Shown here: positions 28,401 through 37,633 of the stretch, piece after piece
Position numbering within the stretch: position 1 is the first letter of the stretch
Layout: the number at the start of each line of letters is the position of its first letter
From: Acidobacteriota bacterium
Lineage (GTDB): Bacteria; Acidobacteriota; Aminicenantia; UBA2199
DNA length: 64,000 nucleotides
Direction: 5' to 3'
Assembly: GCA_039714255.1 (NCBI GenBank)
Contig: JBDLJQ010000003.1
Span: forward strand, 9,191 to 73,190
Position numbers and translations under genes: made by a program
Notes under the pieces: model-generated
Told to the model about the DNA's origin: nothing
Seen by the model: the letters and a program-made list of their open reading frames with translations, nothing else
Database searches by the model: none

Positions 28401-28903
28401 TATCCCTTTAATTCTTCAATAGAATAATCACCTGAAATATTTATGTTAATTATGGGGAATTCATTTATATCAAAATCCATAACGAAGGGATCAATTTCAA
28501 GATCTGATGGCAGTTCACTTTTGGTCCGGTCAACAGCATCTTTTACGTCCTGAAGTGCGTCACTGAGGTTAACATTTGAGTTGAACTCAATGAAAATATC
28601 AGAATTATCCTGTGTTGAAGTGGATGTTAGTTTTTTTATACCGTTTACTGTATTTATCTCTTTTTCCAATTGCCTTGAAATAAGATTTTCAATGTCAACC
28701 GGAGGGTTACCGGGATAAATGGTTTTTACAAAAATGTTTGGTATTACAACTTCAGGAAATGTTTCAAGGGGCATAGTATTATAACTGATCAGTCCAAAAA
28801 CTATTAAGATCAATGTCAGCAGAAAAACGGTGTTTCTGTTATTTATCGCAAAGGTGGTTAACTTAAACTCTCTTGTTATTTTATTTGAACTTTTTTTTTC
28901 CAT
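25457..28903 (-). CDS. RND efflux transporter permease (AcrB/HAE1 family)
   Basis: 1148 aa, 12 TM segments with two large periplasmic loops. Located downstream of the adaptor and outer-membrane factor genes. Confidence 0.9.
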   Translation of the reverse strand: MEKKSSNKITREFKLTTFAINNRNTVFLLTLILIVFGLISYNTMPLETFPEVVIPNIFVKTIYPGNPPVDIENLISRQLEKEINTVNGIKKLTSTSTQDNSDIFIEFNSNVNLSDALQDVKDAVDRTKSELPSDLEIDPFVMDFDINEFPIININISGDYSIEELKGYAEFLEEEIETFTEISKVEIKGLNNREIQINIDRHKLDLMKLNFQNIEDALVYENISISGGELKINNTTRAVRTIGEFKDISEIENIIVKHEGGNIVYLKDVADVIDGFEDPLTYARLNKQTVVSLQVIKKSGENLINASEKIFNLLSDSKADNTLPPDLKITITNDQSDMVKSMVSNLENNIAMAIFFVILVLYFFLGTRNALFVGIAIPMSMTISFVILSLMGSTINMMVLFGLVLALGMLVDNAIVVVENTYRFADKGYPIFEAAKRGVGEIAIPIIASTATTLAAFFPLVFWGGIMGEFMKHLPITLIIVLTSSLFVALVIIPVFSIRYFRQDKGSTNPEKKKTIKTSLILLILGLLFYVIKVNTIGTIMLIIMILIIFNYLFLFKLSEWFRLKFLTSLEDFYLKALRYSLDGKRPGKIIAGTFLLLVLTMIFFTIRGPKVEFFPVNEPSFINITAELPIGSDINATNEVMQRIEDKVFKIIEPEKNIVKSVLTTIGKGVVGENEFPIGNTPNKGMITVSFVDYELRSGILTSEIMKELSKKIIGKIPGILISIEKNRMGPPTGKPVNIEIDGKDYEKLISITEDIQKYIENEKIEGIENLKMDLDVGNPELIISIDRERARRFGLSTAQIASTIRTSLFGKEVSELKVGEDEYPIILKFKEKYRKDIPSILDQRITFRSQSTGKIMQVPISAVTSFSFSTTYGAVKRKDLKRVITLHSNILEGFNANIINQRLKKLLANYDIPEGFSYKFTGEQEEQKETMEFLSRAMMIALSLIMIILVTQFNSFAKPFIIIASVFFSTIGVFGGLATFKMDFIIIMTGIGIISLGGVVVNNAIVLIDYIDYLKTRKKNDLNLTEEDDLPIGSIIESIIEGGKTRLRPVLLTAITTILGLVPMAIGLNINIRNFLSRLDPQIYFGGDNALFWGPMAWTVIFGLSFATFLTLILVPVLYLTGNRIKIFVKAKYKSTKNRSLDNNRA

Positions 28904-28918
28904 AAAAACCTGCTTGTT

Positions 28919-30049
28919 TTATAATTTTAATCTAATTTTGCTGCCATTTTTCACAAGATTATATCCCTTAACAATTATCCTGTCACCGGGATTCAGTCCG
29001 CTGATAATCCTTGTATTATCGTTTGAGGTCAGTCCTGTTTTAACATAGACCTTTTCAGCTTCAATATCTCCTTTTTTGTCGGAAACCTTATATAAATAAA
29101 ATCCTTTCGTATCTTTTTTTATAATTAGCGAAGGAGCTGTCAGTGAATTATTATCAATAAAATCTCTCAGTTTAATAACTGCAACCATATTTGGTTTAAG
29201 TATCTCTTTCTTATTACTGATCTCTATGGTTATCCTGAATGTCCTGTTCTGGGGATTAACCACATTCCCCACTCTTAAAATCTTTGCATTTATTTTGATA
29301 TCCGGGAAAGATGGAAATGTTATCTCAGCGTTATCCCCCTTTTTTATCTTGGACAGATAAAACTCGGAAACATCAGATTTAATATACAGAGTATTTAGAT
29401 TTACCAATTGCATCAAAGGTGCTCCCGGAACTGCCAATTCTCCCCTTTTTTTGTCAATCCTGTCAACTATTCCGTTTATAGGTGCTATTATCCGCGATAA
29501 ATTCAACTGGTATTTTAATGTTTTTATCTTTTTTTCAAGAGATTCTTTATTATTTTTTGATTGAAGATATTCAATTTCAGAACCTATATTCTTTTTCCAT
29601 AACCCGTCTCTTTTTTTAAAAACTGTTTCTGCCAGTGCAAGAGAATTTTCAACTTCCAGAATCGAACTTTTAATAATATCAGAATTCAATTCAGCTAATA
29701 GTGTCCCTTTATTAACTCTATCTCCTTCTCTGGTATATATTTTTTTTATCTGCCCTCCAAGTTCAGGGCTTATAAATGCTTCCTTTACAGCCTCAACATT
29801 TCCATTTACTATAAAATAGTGTTCGAATTTATCAGGTTTTAATTCAGAAACTGACACAAAAATACCATTATCTGGTTTGTAAGAAGGACTTTTTTTAATT
29901 TCCTCCTCAAGTTTTGAAACTTTTATCTTCAGATCAACGATTTTCTTTTTGTATTTAACTATATCCTCTTTTATTTTCTTTTCATCTGTAGCCTGGCCAC
30001 ATCCGAAATAAAAAATTATTAAAAAAAATATTAAAAATCTTTTTAACAT
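28919..30049 (-). CDS. RND efflux periplasmic adaptor (membrane fusion protein, HlyD family)
   Basis: Lipobox FGCG, coiled-coil hairpin, and biotinyl/lipoyl-like plus beta-barrel domains. Confidence 0.85.
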   Translation of the reverse strand: MLKRFLIFFLIIFYFGCGQATDEKKIKEDIVKYKKKIVDLKIKVSKLEEEIKKSPSYKPDNGIFVSVSELKPDKFEHYFIVNGNVEAVKEAFISPELGGQIKKIYTREGDRVNKGTLLAELNSDIIKSSILEVENSLALAETVFKKRDGLWKKNIGSEIEYLQSKNNKESLEKKIKTLKYQLNLSRIIAPINGIVDRIDKKRGELAVPGAPLMQLVNLNTLYIKSDVSEFYLSKIKKGDNAEITFPSFPDIKINAKILRVGNVVNPQNRTFRITIEISNKKEILKPNMVAVIKLRDFIDNNSLTAPSLIIKKDTKGFYLYKVSDKKGDIEAEKVYVKTGLTSNDNTRIISGLNPGDRIIVKGYNLVKNGSKIRLKL

Positions 30050-30070
30050 TTTTACTCCTGTAAAAATTTT

Positions 30071-31465
30071 TTATATTATGTTTAAATATTTCTTAATCTC
30101 TATGGAAGCATTGAACATTTCAATTAATGCACTTGTATGATCAGACTCAGATTTTAAATACTGGTTATAGGTTTGAATTAATTCTATACTTGAAGAGATT
30201 CCCTCTTTAAATTTTTCCATAGTTTTTGTATAGATCCTCCTGGCAATCAGAACATTCTTTTTTGTATTATCTCTCTGCCCTATTGTCGTTATAAAGGATG
30301 ATCTTACCTTTAAATATCCAAGTTTAAGCCCATCTGTTATTTCCAGATGATCATTTTTTGCTTTTTCCAGTTCAAATTTGGATTGTTTAACTATTGCAGA
30401 CCTCATACCACTACTGAAAATCGGGATATTCATATTAAATCCAATAATTGTCGATGGGAACCATTTATCTTCTGATCTGCTGAAAAAATTAAATTTATCC
30501 CTCATTGAACTTTGCTTATGTGACATAAATGCCGTAAGAGTTGGAAGGTACATCGATTTTTCTTTTTTCAAAAGTAATGATAAAGATTTTACATTTGTCT
30601 CTGACATTCTGAAATCAATATGCAATTTATGATCAAATTCTTTTGACAAGATCAGTTTGTCTTCAAGTGCATTGGCATGAAAATCAAGGCTTTCATTCAG
30701 TATGATCTTATCATCGAGGGGAAGCCCCATCTGAAATTTCAATAATTTATAATTTATTTCTATCTGTCTTTTAAGTGAACTTATCTTGTTCCCAAGAGCG
30801 GTCATTGAAAACTCTATCTGATCTGCATCAGTATCCTCAAGAAATCCCGCTTTAACCAATTCAGAAGTCTCATAATGGAGCTTTTTCAGATTTTTATAAT
30901 TATTGTTCAGTATTTCCAATAAATTTTCACTTATTAGCACCAGATAATAAGTACCTGTAACCAGAGCCTTTACTTCTTTTTCTGATTTCAGCAAATTTTG
31001 TTCCGATAGCTTCATATATATCTTTGTCGACTGTAATGCTACGATGTATGTTCCGTTAAAGATCAATTGAGTAGCAATAAGTTCCATTGAAACATTATGC
31101 TGTGTTCCGAACTTCATGGGAAAATATGTCCCTTCTTCAGCATCAGGATCAATGAATCTGGCAGGGATCAATGTAGTGGGGATCTGAGTCATATCACTAT
31201 AAGATATCGAGCCGTCCAACTGAGGTAATCCGGAAGCTGTTGTTTCCCATACCTTTTTTTTTGCGATCTTCATATCAATTTTTGCATTAATTAATCTCCT
31301 ACTGTTTTTTAATGCATAATTCTGTACATCGGAAAGGGAAAACATATTTTTCTCGATACTATATAAATTTGTAACAAGTATAATACTGAAAAAAAATATA
31401 ACGGGGAAACTAAAAAAAAGATTTAATTTTCTATTGGATTTATTGTATTGAATTGCTTTTTGCAT
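30071..31465 (-). CDS. TolC-family outer membrane efflux protein
   Basis: Signal peptide and a duplicated OEP repeat structure, 464 aa. First gene of the efflux operon. Confidence 0.8.
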   Translation of the reverse strand: MQKAIQYNKSNRKLNLFFSFPVIFFFSIILVTNLYSIEKNMFSLSDVQNYALKNSRRLINAKIDMKIAKKKVWETTASGLPQLDGSISYSDMTQIPTTLIPARFIDPDAEEGTYFPMKFGTQHNVSMELIATQLIFNGTYIVALQSTKIYMKLSEQNLLKSEKEVKALVTGTYYLVLISENLLEILNNNYKNLKKLHYETSELVKAGFLEDTDADQIEFSMTALGNKISSLKRQIEINYKLLKFQMGLPLDDKIILNESLDFHANALEDKLILSKEFDHKLHIDFRMSETNVKSLSLLLKKEKSMYLPTLTAFMSHKQSSMRDKFNFFSRSEDKWFPSTIIGFNMNIPIFSSGMRSAIVKQSKFELEKAKNDHLEITDGLKLGYLKVRSSFITTIGQRDNTKKNVLIARRIYTKTMEKFKEGISSSIELIQTYNQYLKSESDHTSALIEMFNASIEIKKYLNII

Positions 31466-31572
31466 AATTTATATTACTAAATTATCCTCTTTTATGCAAT
31501 AATTTAATTAACTTAACTTAAAACATTTTCTACCTTTTTACGTATTAAAAAGATAAAAATTCAGGAGGAAGT

Positions 31573-34500
31573 ATGAAAAAAATCTTATATTTTATTTTTT
31601 CCATTTTTTTATTATATGGATTAAATAATGCGATCACCAATGCAAGGTTACTGAGAACCCCGGATATAAACGGGAATCTGATCGTATTTGTCTATGCTGG
31701 AGATATCTGGAGTGTATCTTCTGACGGTGGAGATGCAAAAAGACTTACATCACACAAAGGCACTGAAATTTTCCCGAAGATTTCGCCTGATGGAAAATTG
31801 ATAGCATTTTCTGCTGAATATTCAGGTTCCAGGCAGGTTTATATTATCCCTTCCAAAGGAGGGACCCCGAAGCAGCTTACATTCTATAATGATGTAGGAA
31901 TAATGCCTCCGCGAGGTGGTTATGATTATATAGCTATGGACTGGACTCCTGATAGTAAAAAAATACTTGTGAGAATGAACAGGACTCCATATGGACGTCG
32001 TATGGGAAAATATTTCCTGGTTGATATAAAGGGTGGGCTTGAAAGCCCGCTTCAGATCCCCGAGTGCGGAGGTGGAACATTTTCACCTGACGGGAACAAG
32101 ATCACTTATACTCCAATTTCCAGAGAGTTCCGAGCCTGGAAAAGGACAAAAGGAGGACGTGCACAGGATGTATGGACATACGACCTGAAAAAGAACAGAT
32201 CGGAAAGGATCACCACATTCCCCGGAACCGACCAACACCCTGTATGGTACAGGGATAAGATATTTTTTGTTTCTGACCGCAGCCTGACCCTGAATGTCTG
32301 GTCCTACGACCTTAGTTCAAAAAAGCTGGAACAGGTTACAAAATATAATAATTTTGATGTTTTATGGCCTTCGGGAGAAAACGGAACAATCGTATATGAG
32401 AATGGCGGATATATTCATAAACTTGATCTTTCAAAAGGTAAATCCGAAAAGATCAGTGTTAACATAAATTTTGATAATCCAAATACTCTTCCATACTTTA
32501 AAAATGTTTCCAGATATATTTCCAGGTTTGGAGCAACAATAACTTCTGATGGAAAGAGAGCAATATTTGATGCCCGCGGAGACCTCTTCTCAGTCCCGGC
32601 TGAAAAAAAAGGTGTAACTTTAAATATAACTAATACAAAAGAAATCAGGGAAATGTATCCGGTTTCTTCTCCTGACGGTAAATGGGTATTATATATTTCC
32701 GATAAGACAGGTGATTATGAATTTTACTTAATAGATCCATTAGGAAAAAAGAAACCTGTTCAATTAACAAAAGGCCATAAAGTCTGGAAATTTCCCGGAT
32801 TATGGTCTCCCGATAGTAAAAACATTGTCTTTTCAGATATGGACAGAAAACTACAGATAATAAATATCGAATCAAAAAAAATAACATTTATTGATAAAAG
32901 TATTTATGAAAGTATACGAGATTTTTCATGGTCCCCCGATTCAAATTGGATCATCTATTCAAAAAGCAGTTCCAACAAGCTTAGGGCGATCTGGGTTTAT
33001 AACATAAATAAGAACAAATCTGTGAAACTTACCAATGACAGGTATGAAGATTTTTCCCCCATATTCTCAAAGGATGGAAAATATATTTATTTTGCTTCAG
33101 ACAGAGATTTTGATATGAGTTTCCAGACCGGGTTTTCCACTAAGGAGTTTGATTTTGTCTATAATAAAACAGCAAGGCTATTTGCAATAGGCTTAACAAA
33201 TGATTCCCCATCCCTTTTCAGGGATAAAAATGACCTTGAAGTTAAAGTAAAAAAAACTCCTGAAAAAAAGAAAAATGATAAAACAAAGGATAAAAAAGCA
33301 AAAGAAAAAATTGTTGTAAAAATAGATTTTAAAAATATTAACGACAGAATATCTGTATTTCCTTTGCCCACATCCAGATATGGGGGGATGACTGATCTTG
33401 GAGATAAAGTTCTTTATCTTAAAAATGGGGGCCTCCATATTTTTAATATGAAGAAAAAAAAATCTGAGGTCCTTTTGGGAAGTATCCGGTATGGTTCGCT
33501 TTCAGCTGACAACAAGAAACTTTTGTACAGATCTGGAAGAACCTGGGGGATAATTGATATTAAACCTAAACAAAAATCTGGAGCCGGAAAGTTAAATATG
33601 AAAGATGTTGTGATGAAGATACATCCGGTAATTGAATGGAAACAGATATATAATGAAGGATGGAGGATTTACAGGGACTGGTTTTATGTCAGGAATATGC
33701 ATGGTGTGGACTGGGAAAAAATGAGGAAAAAGTATGCAGAACTGCTTCCTTATGTAAGTCACAGGGCAGATCTGGATTATATATTCGGTGAACTTGTAGG
33801 AGAGCTTAATGTAGGCCATACCTATGTGAATTGGGGTGACTTTGAAAAGGTTAAGAGGATCGAATCAGGGTTATTGGGTGCTGAACTCACAGCAGACAAA
33901 AAGTCAGGTTTCTATTTAATTTCCAAAATTTATAAGGGCGAGAACTGGAATGAAAGAACCAGATCACCACTTACCGAACCTGGTATCAATATAAAAGAAG
34001 GATTTTATCTTTTAAAAATTAACGATGTAAAAATAACGACAGAGGATAATCCCTACCGTTTACTTGAAAATACGTATGGCAAAAAAATTAAACTAACTGT
34101 TAATACCAAATCTTCTCTGGAAGGCTCTAAAGATTTTTGGATCAAACCATTGAGAAGCGAAACCGACCTGATGTATTTTGACAACGTTGAGTCAAGAAGG
34201 AAACTTGTTGATAAACTTTCCAATGGGAGGATAGGATATATTCATGTTCCAAATACTGCTGTTGAAGGGAACAGAGAACTTTTTAAAGGACTCTATGCAT
34301 TTAACGATAAAGAAGCTGTGATCATTGACGAAAGATATAACGGAGGCGGCTGGTCTCCTATAAAAATGATCGAAAAACTATCAAACAAAGCTGCAATGTA
34401 CTGGAAAGCCCGTGACCTTAAATTAAGGCCCCATCCCGACTTTACTTTTGAAGGGCCCATTGCCATGCTTATTAACCACTATTCTTCATCCGGTGGAGAT

Positions 34501-34857
34501 GATTTCCCCTACTGGTTCAAGAAAAAAAGGCTGGGTAAACTTATCGGCACAAGAACCTGGGGTGGATTGGTTGGTTATGGATGGAGTCCTGGCCTTGTTG
34601 ACGGCCCTTCATTTGCCGTGCCAATGTCTGCTATTGTAAATACCGAAGGTGAATATGTTGTAGAAGGTGTCGGTGTTTATCCTGATGAAGGGTTTGAAGT
34701 ATATGACAGGCCTGAAGAGATCGCCAAAGGTAATGATCCCAGTATTGAAAAAGCAGTTAAATACCTGCTTGAAGAGTTAAAAAAGATTCCGAAAAAGAAA
34801 GTAAAGAGCCCGAAAGACCCTGACAGGTCAAAGTGGTTTGAAAAAGAGATCAAATAG
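31573..34857 (+). CDS. Tricorn protease homologue (secreted; beta-propellers + PDZ + S41 peptidase)
   Basis: Signal peptide. Tricorn N-terminal signature (PDINGNLIVFVYAGDIWSVSSDGGDAKRLTSH), multiple WSPD propeller blades, and a C-terminal S41 domain (GGGWSPIKM..., INHYSSSGGDDFPYWF..., GTRTWGG). 1094 aa. AGGAGG Shine-Dalgarno. Confidence 0.85.
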   Translation: MKKILYFIFSIFLLYGLNNAITNARLLRTPDINGNLIVFVYAGDIWSVSSDGGDAKRLTSHKGTEIFPKISPDGKLIAFSAEYSGSRQVYIIPSKGGTPKQLTFYNDVGIMPPRGGYDYIAMDWTPDSKKILVRMNRTPYGRRMGKYFLVDIKGGLESPLQIPECGGGTFSPDGNKITYTPISREFRAWKRTKGGRAQDVWTYDLKKNRSERITTFPGTDQHPVWYRDKIFFVSDRSLTLNVWSYDLSSKKLEQVTKYNNFDVLWPSGENGTIVYENGGYIHKLDLSKGKSEKISVNINFDNPNTLPYFKNVSRYISRFGATITSDGKRAIFDARGDLFSVPAEKKGVTLNITNTKEIREMYPVSSPDGKWVLYISDKTGDYEFYLIDPLGKKKPVQLTKGHKVWKFPGLWSPDSKNIVFSDMDRKLQIINIESKKITFIDKSIYESIRDFSWSPDSNWIIYSKSSSNKLRAIWVYNINKNKSVKLTNDRYEDFSPIFSKDGKYIYFASDRDFDMSFQTGFSTKEFDFVYNKTARLFAIGLTNDSPSLFRDKNDLEVKVKKTPEKKKNDKTKDKKAKEKIVVKIDFKNINDRISVFPLPTSRYGGMTDLGDKVLYLKNGGLHIFNMKKKKSEVLLGSIRYGSLSADNKKLLYRSGRTWGIIDIKPKQKSGAGKLNMKDVVMKIHPVIEWKQIYNEGWRIYRDWFYVRNMHGVDWEKMRKKYAELLPYVSHRADLDYIFGELVGELNVGHTYVNWGDFEKVKRIESGLLGAELTADKKSGFYLISKIYKGENWNERTRSPLTEPGINIKEGFYLLKINDVKITTEDNPYRLLENTYGKKIKLTVNTKSSLEGSKDFWIKPLRSETDLMYFDNVESRRKLVDKLSNGRIGYIHVPNTAVEGNRELFKGLYAFNDKEAVIIDERYNGGGWSPIKMIEKLSNKAAMYWKARDLKLRPHPDFTFEGPIAMLINHYSSSGGDDFPYWFKKKRLGKLIGTRTWGGLVGYGWSPGLVDGPSFAVPMSAIVNTEGEYVVEGVGVYPDEGFEVYDRPEEIAKGNDPSIEKAVKYLLEELKKIPKKKVKSPKDPDRSKWFEKEIK

Positions 34858-34873
34858 ATTAAAAATAATAAAG

Positions 34874-34902
34874 GGGCGGTTATCAAACCGCCCTTTTTTT
34901 TA
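34874..34902. terminator. Rho-independent, bidirectional terminator between the convergent tricorn and parC genes
   Basis: GC-rich 8-9 bp stem GGGCGGTT / AACCGCCC with a 4-nt loop, followed by T8 on the plus strand and a T-rich run on the minus strand. Confidence 0.75.
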
Positions 34903-34946
34903 AAAAAATTCAGAATATTTTAATATGATGTAGCGACACGGTATTA

Positions 34947-37613
34947 TTAATCATTTTTTTCTGAAAATAAGGTCTTTTGCGAATAATCTTTGTTATCTTT
35001 ATTTTCTTCTTCTTTTATTTCATCAGGTTCGCTGGCCGGAGAAAGGTTTTCAGGTTTGGAAGATGATTCCGGCCCTGAAGTAGTATCTTCCGGTACACTT
35101 TCCCTATCACTGTCAGATCCTGTCTTTTCGCCAACAGCTTCAAAGGATTCAATTTCCAGTGTTGAAACTCTTTTACCTCTGGCCTTATAACTTTTTACAG
35201 CAATAAATTCAGAAGCATTAATAATTTCCATTCCTTTTTTTCTGTTCTTTCCACCATAATTTATCTTAAATTCCGGATAAACTTCGGAACTGAATAATAC
35301 CATTTTCGAATTTTTATTGTCTCCAATAAAGCTGGTCTTTTTCTCAATGTCTTCAGCTTTAAATCTTTTTAAATAATAGTATTCCTGTTCTCCGTCAAAG
35401 AATATAATTGATAAAACAAATTCAGGATCAAATTTGGAAATAAATAAAAGATCGCTTTCAAAATAATTCGAAAGATCAAAATTGCCTGTTTTAAAAACTC
35501 CTGAGCCGTATATTTCAACGATCCTGTCAGAACCTGCAAATTCTCCCAGATATTTCCCCCTCCCTTCACTATTTAACCTGTTAACTGAAGGATCATACCA
35601 GATCTTCCTGTCTCCAAGAGTTGAAACCCCGGTTTCCTTCAGAACTATCTTCGAAACGGTATGTCTTGACAATATATTTCCGATAGAATTTCTCCCTTTT
35701 ATTGCAAGAGTGCTGAAATCCAGATCAAACTGGAGGTTCCTGAGCCTCTTTTTCGGTTTAAGGTAAATCTTTACCGTTTCAGCTTCCCCATTGGGATTAC
35801 AGGTAAAGTAGATAACCTTTGAGTCCGGCGTACCTTTAGTAATATCATATTCTTTATCCCTGGTAACAGCGGTGACAGAGAACCTTTTCATCATCACATT
35901 TCCATCCTTTCCATCCCTGTAAATTGAATTGAATATAGTTCTTTTATCATTTCTTTTATAAACAGCTATATGGATGATATCCTTACCGGCAAAAGATTTA
36001 TCCTCAATTTTTTTCACCATATATTTCCCGTCTTCAAGAAATATTATCACATCATCAATATCAGAACATTCGCTTACAAACTCATCACCTTTTAATGAAT
36101 ATCCGAAAAAACCTTCCTTTCTGTTTACATACAGTTTCCTGTTAGCTGCTACAACTTTAGTGGCCTCGATCTGTCCAAAATTTCTTATCTCCGTTCTACG
36201 TCCCTTATCTTTTCCATATTTTTCTTTGAGATTCTGAAAAAATCTGATCGTATATCCTTTAATGTCCTTTAAATAATTTTTTATCTGGTCGAGTTCATCT
36301 TCTATTGATCTTAAAAGCTCATCAGCCTTAAAAGAATCATATTTAGAGATCCTTTTTATCTTAATTTCAGTAAGTTTTATTATATCCTCAGTTGTTACAT
36401 CTCTTTTAAGTAAGGGCTTAAAGGGAGCTAATCCTTCATCAATGGTCTCAATAATCGACTCCCAAGTTTCACATTCTTCAATATTTATATAAATTCTATT
36501 TTCGATAAATATTTTTTCCAGAGAGGAAAAATGCCAGGAGTCCTCAAGCTCCCTTTTTCTGATCTCTAATTCCAGGTTTAAGAGGTTCAAAGTATTATCG
36601 GCCGATACTTTGAGAATTTCATCAACACCGATGAACTTGGGATATTTATCTACTATTACACAACAATTCGGAGAGATCGATACTTCGCAATCGGTAAAAG
36701 CATACAAAGCATCAATTGTCTTATCGGGAGAGGTTCCGGAAGGAAGTGATATGACAATTTCTACATTTTCAGCTGTATTATCATCAATTTTTTTTATCTT
36801 TATTTTGCCTTTATCATTTGCATGTAAAATTGATTCAATTAAAGAAGTTGAGGTTTTTCCATAGGGAATTTCAACAATTTTTATCAATTTTTTGTCGATC
36901 TTCTCTATTTTCGCCCGTACTTTAACTTTTCCACCCTGCAATCCATAATTATATTTTGAAAAATCCGCCAGTCCTCCAGAAGGGAAATCAGGGTATATGG
37001 AAAACTCTTCACCTTTCAGATAAGATATCGATGCATCAATAAGTTCATTAAAATTATGAGGGAGGATCTTTGAGGCTAACCCTACTGCGATACCTTCTGC
37101 ACCAAGAAATAATAATATTGGAAATTTTACAGGCAGAACTACCGGTTCTTTATTCCTTCCGTCATATGAATTTGTCCATTCTGTTGTTTTAGGATTAAAG
37201 ACCACTTCCAGAGCAAATTTTGACAACCTTGCTTCAATATATCTGGGAGCTGCAGCTTTGTCTCCCGTAATTGTATTCCCCCAATTACCCTGTGTATCTA
37301 TTAAAAGCTCTTTTTGCCCCAGTGAAACCAGTGCATCGCCAATTGAAGCATCCCCGTGAGGATGATATTGCATCGTAGATCCTATAATATTGGCAACTTT
37401 ATTATAACGTCCATCCTCAAGTCTTTTCATGGTATGCAGGATCCTTCTGTGGACAGGTTTAAATCCATCCATAACCTCAGGTATGGCTCTTTCAAGAATT
37501 ACATATGATGCATAGTCAAGAAACCATGATCTGTAAAGTTCAGGTATATCTTTTATATGATGAAGTTTTTCACTTTCACTGAACCCGTTGCCATTCTCAT
37601 TTTTATCATCCAT
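34947..37613 (-). CDS. parC: DNA topoisomerase IV subunit A (GyrA/ParC family, Bacteroidetes/FCB-type)
   Basis: N-terminal DGFKPVHRRIL, active-site Tyr region AAPRYIEARL, and a non-pinwheel C-terminal region. 888 aa. Paired with the 618-aa GyrB-like gene upstream. Confidence 0.85.
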   Translation of the reverse strand: MDDKNENGNGFSESEKLHHIKDIPELYRSWFLDYASYVILERAIPEVMDGFKPVHRRILHTMKRLEDGRYNKVANIIGSTMQYHPHGDASIGDALVSLGQKELLIDTQGNWGNTITGDKAAAPRYIEARLSKFALEVVFNPKTTEWTNSYDGRNKEPVVLPVKFPILLFLGAEGIAVGLASKILPHNFNELIDASISYLKGEEFSIYPDFPSGGLADFSKYNYGLQGGKVKVRAKIEKIDKKLIKIVEIPYGKTSTSLIESILHANDKGKIKIKKIDDNTAENVEIVISLPSGTSPDKTIDALYAFTDCEVSISPNCCVIVDKYPKFIGVDEILKVSADNTLNLLNLELEIRKRELEDSWHFSSLEKIFIENRIYINIEECETWESIIETIDEGLAPFKPLLKRDVTTEDIIKLTEIKIKRISKYDSFKADELLRSIEDELDQIKNYLKDIKGYTIRFFQNLKEKYGKDKGRRTEIRNFGQIEATKVVAANRKLYVNRKEGFFGYSLKGDEFVSECSDIDDVIIFLEDGKYMVKKIEDKSFAGKDIIHIAVYKRNDKRTIFNSIYRDGKDGNVMMKRFSVTAVTRDKEYDITKGTPDSKVIYFTCNPNGEAETVKIYLKPKKRLRNLQFDLDFSTLAIKGRNSIGNILSRHTVSKIVLKETGVSTLGDRKIWYDPSVNRLNSEGRGKYLGEFAGSDRIVEIYGSGVFKTGNFDLSNYFESDLLFISKFDPEFVLSIIFFDGEQEYYYLKRFKAEDIEKKTSFIGDNKNSKMVLFSSEVYPEFKINYGGKNRKKGMEIINASEFIAVKSYKARGKRVSTLEIESFEAVGEKTGSDSDRESVPEDTTSGPESSSKPENLSPASEPDEIKEEENKDNKDYSQKTLFSEKND

Positions 37614-37633
37614 AAAACAGTATTCTCCCTAAT

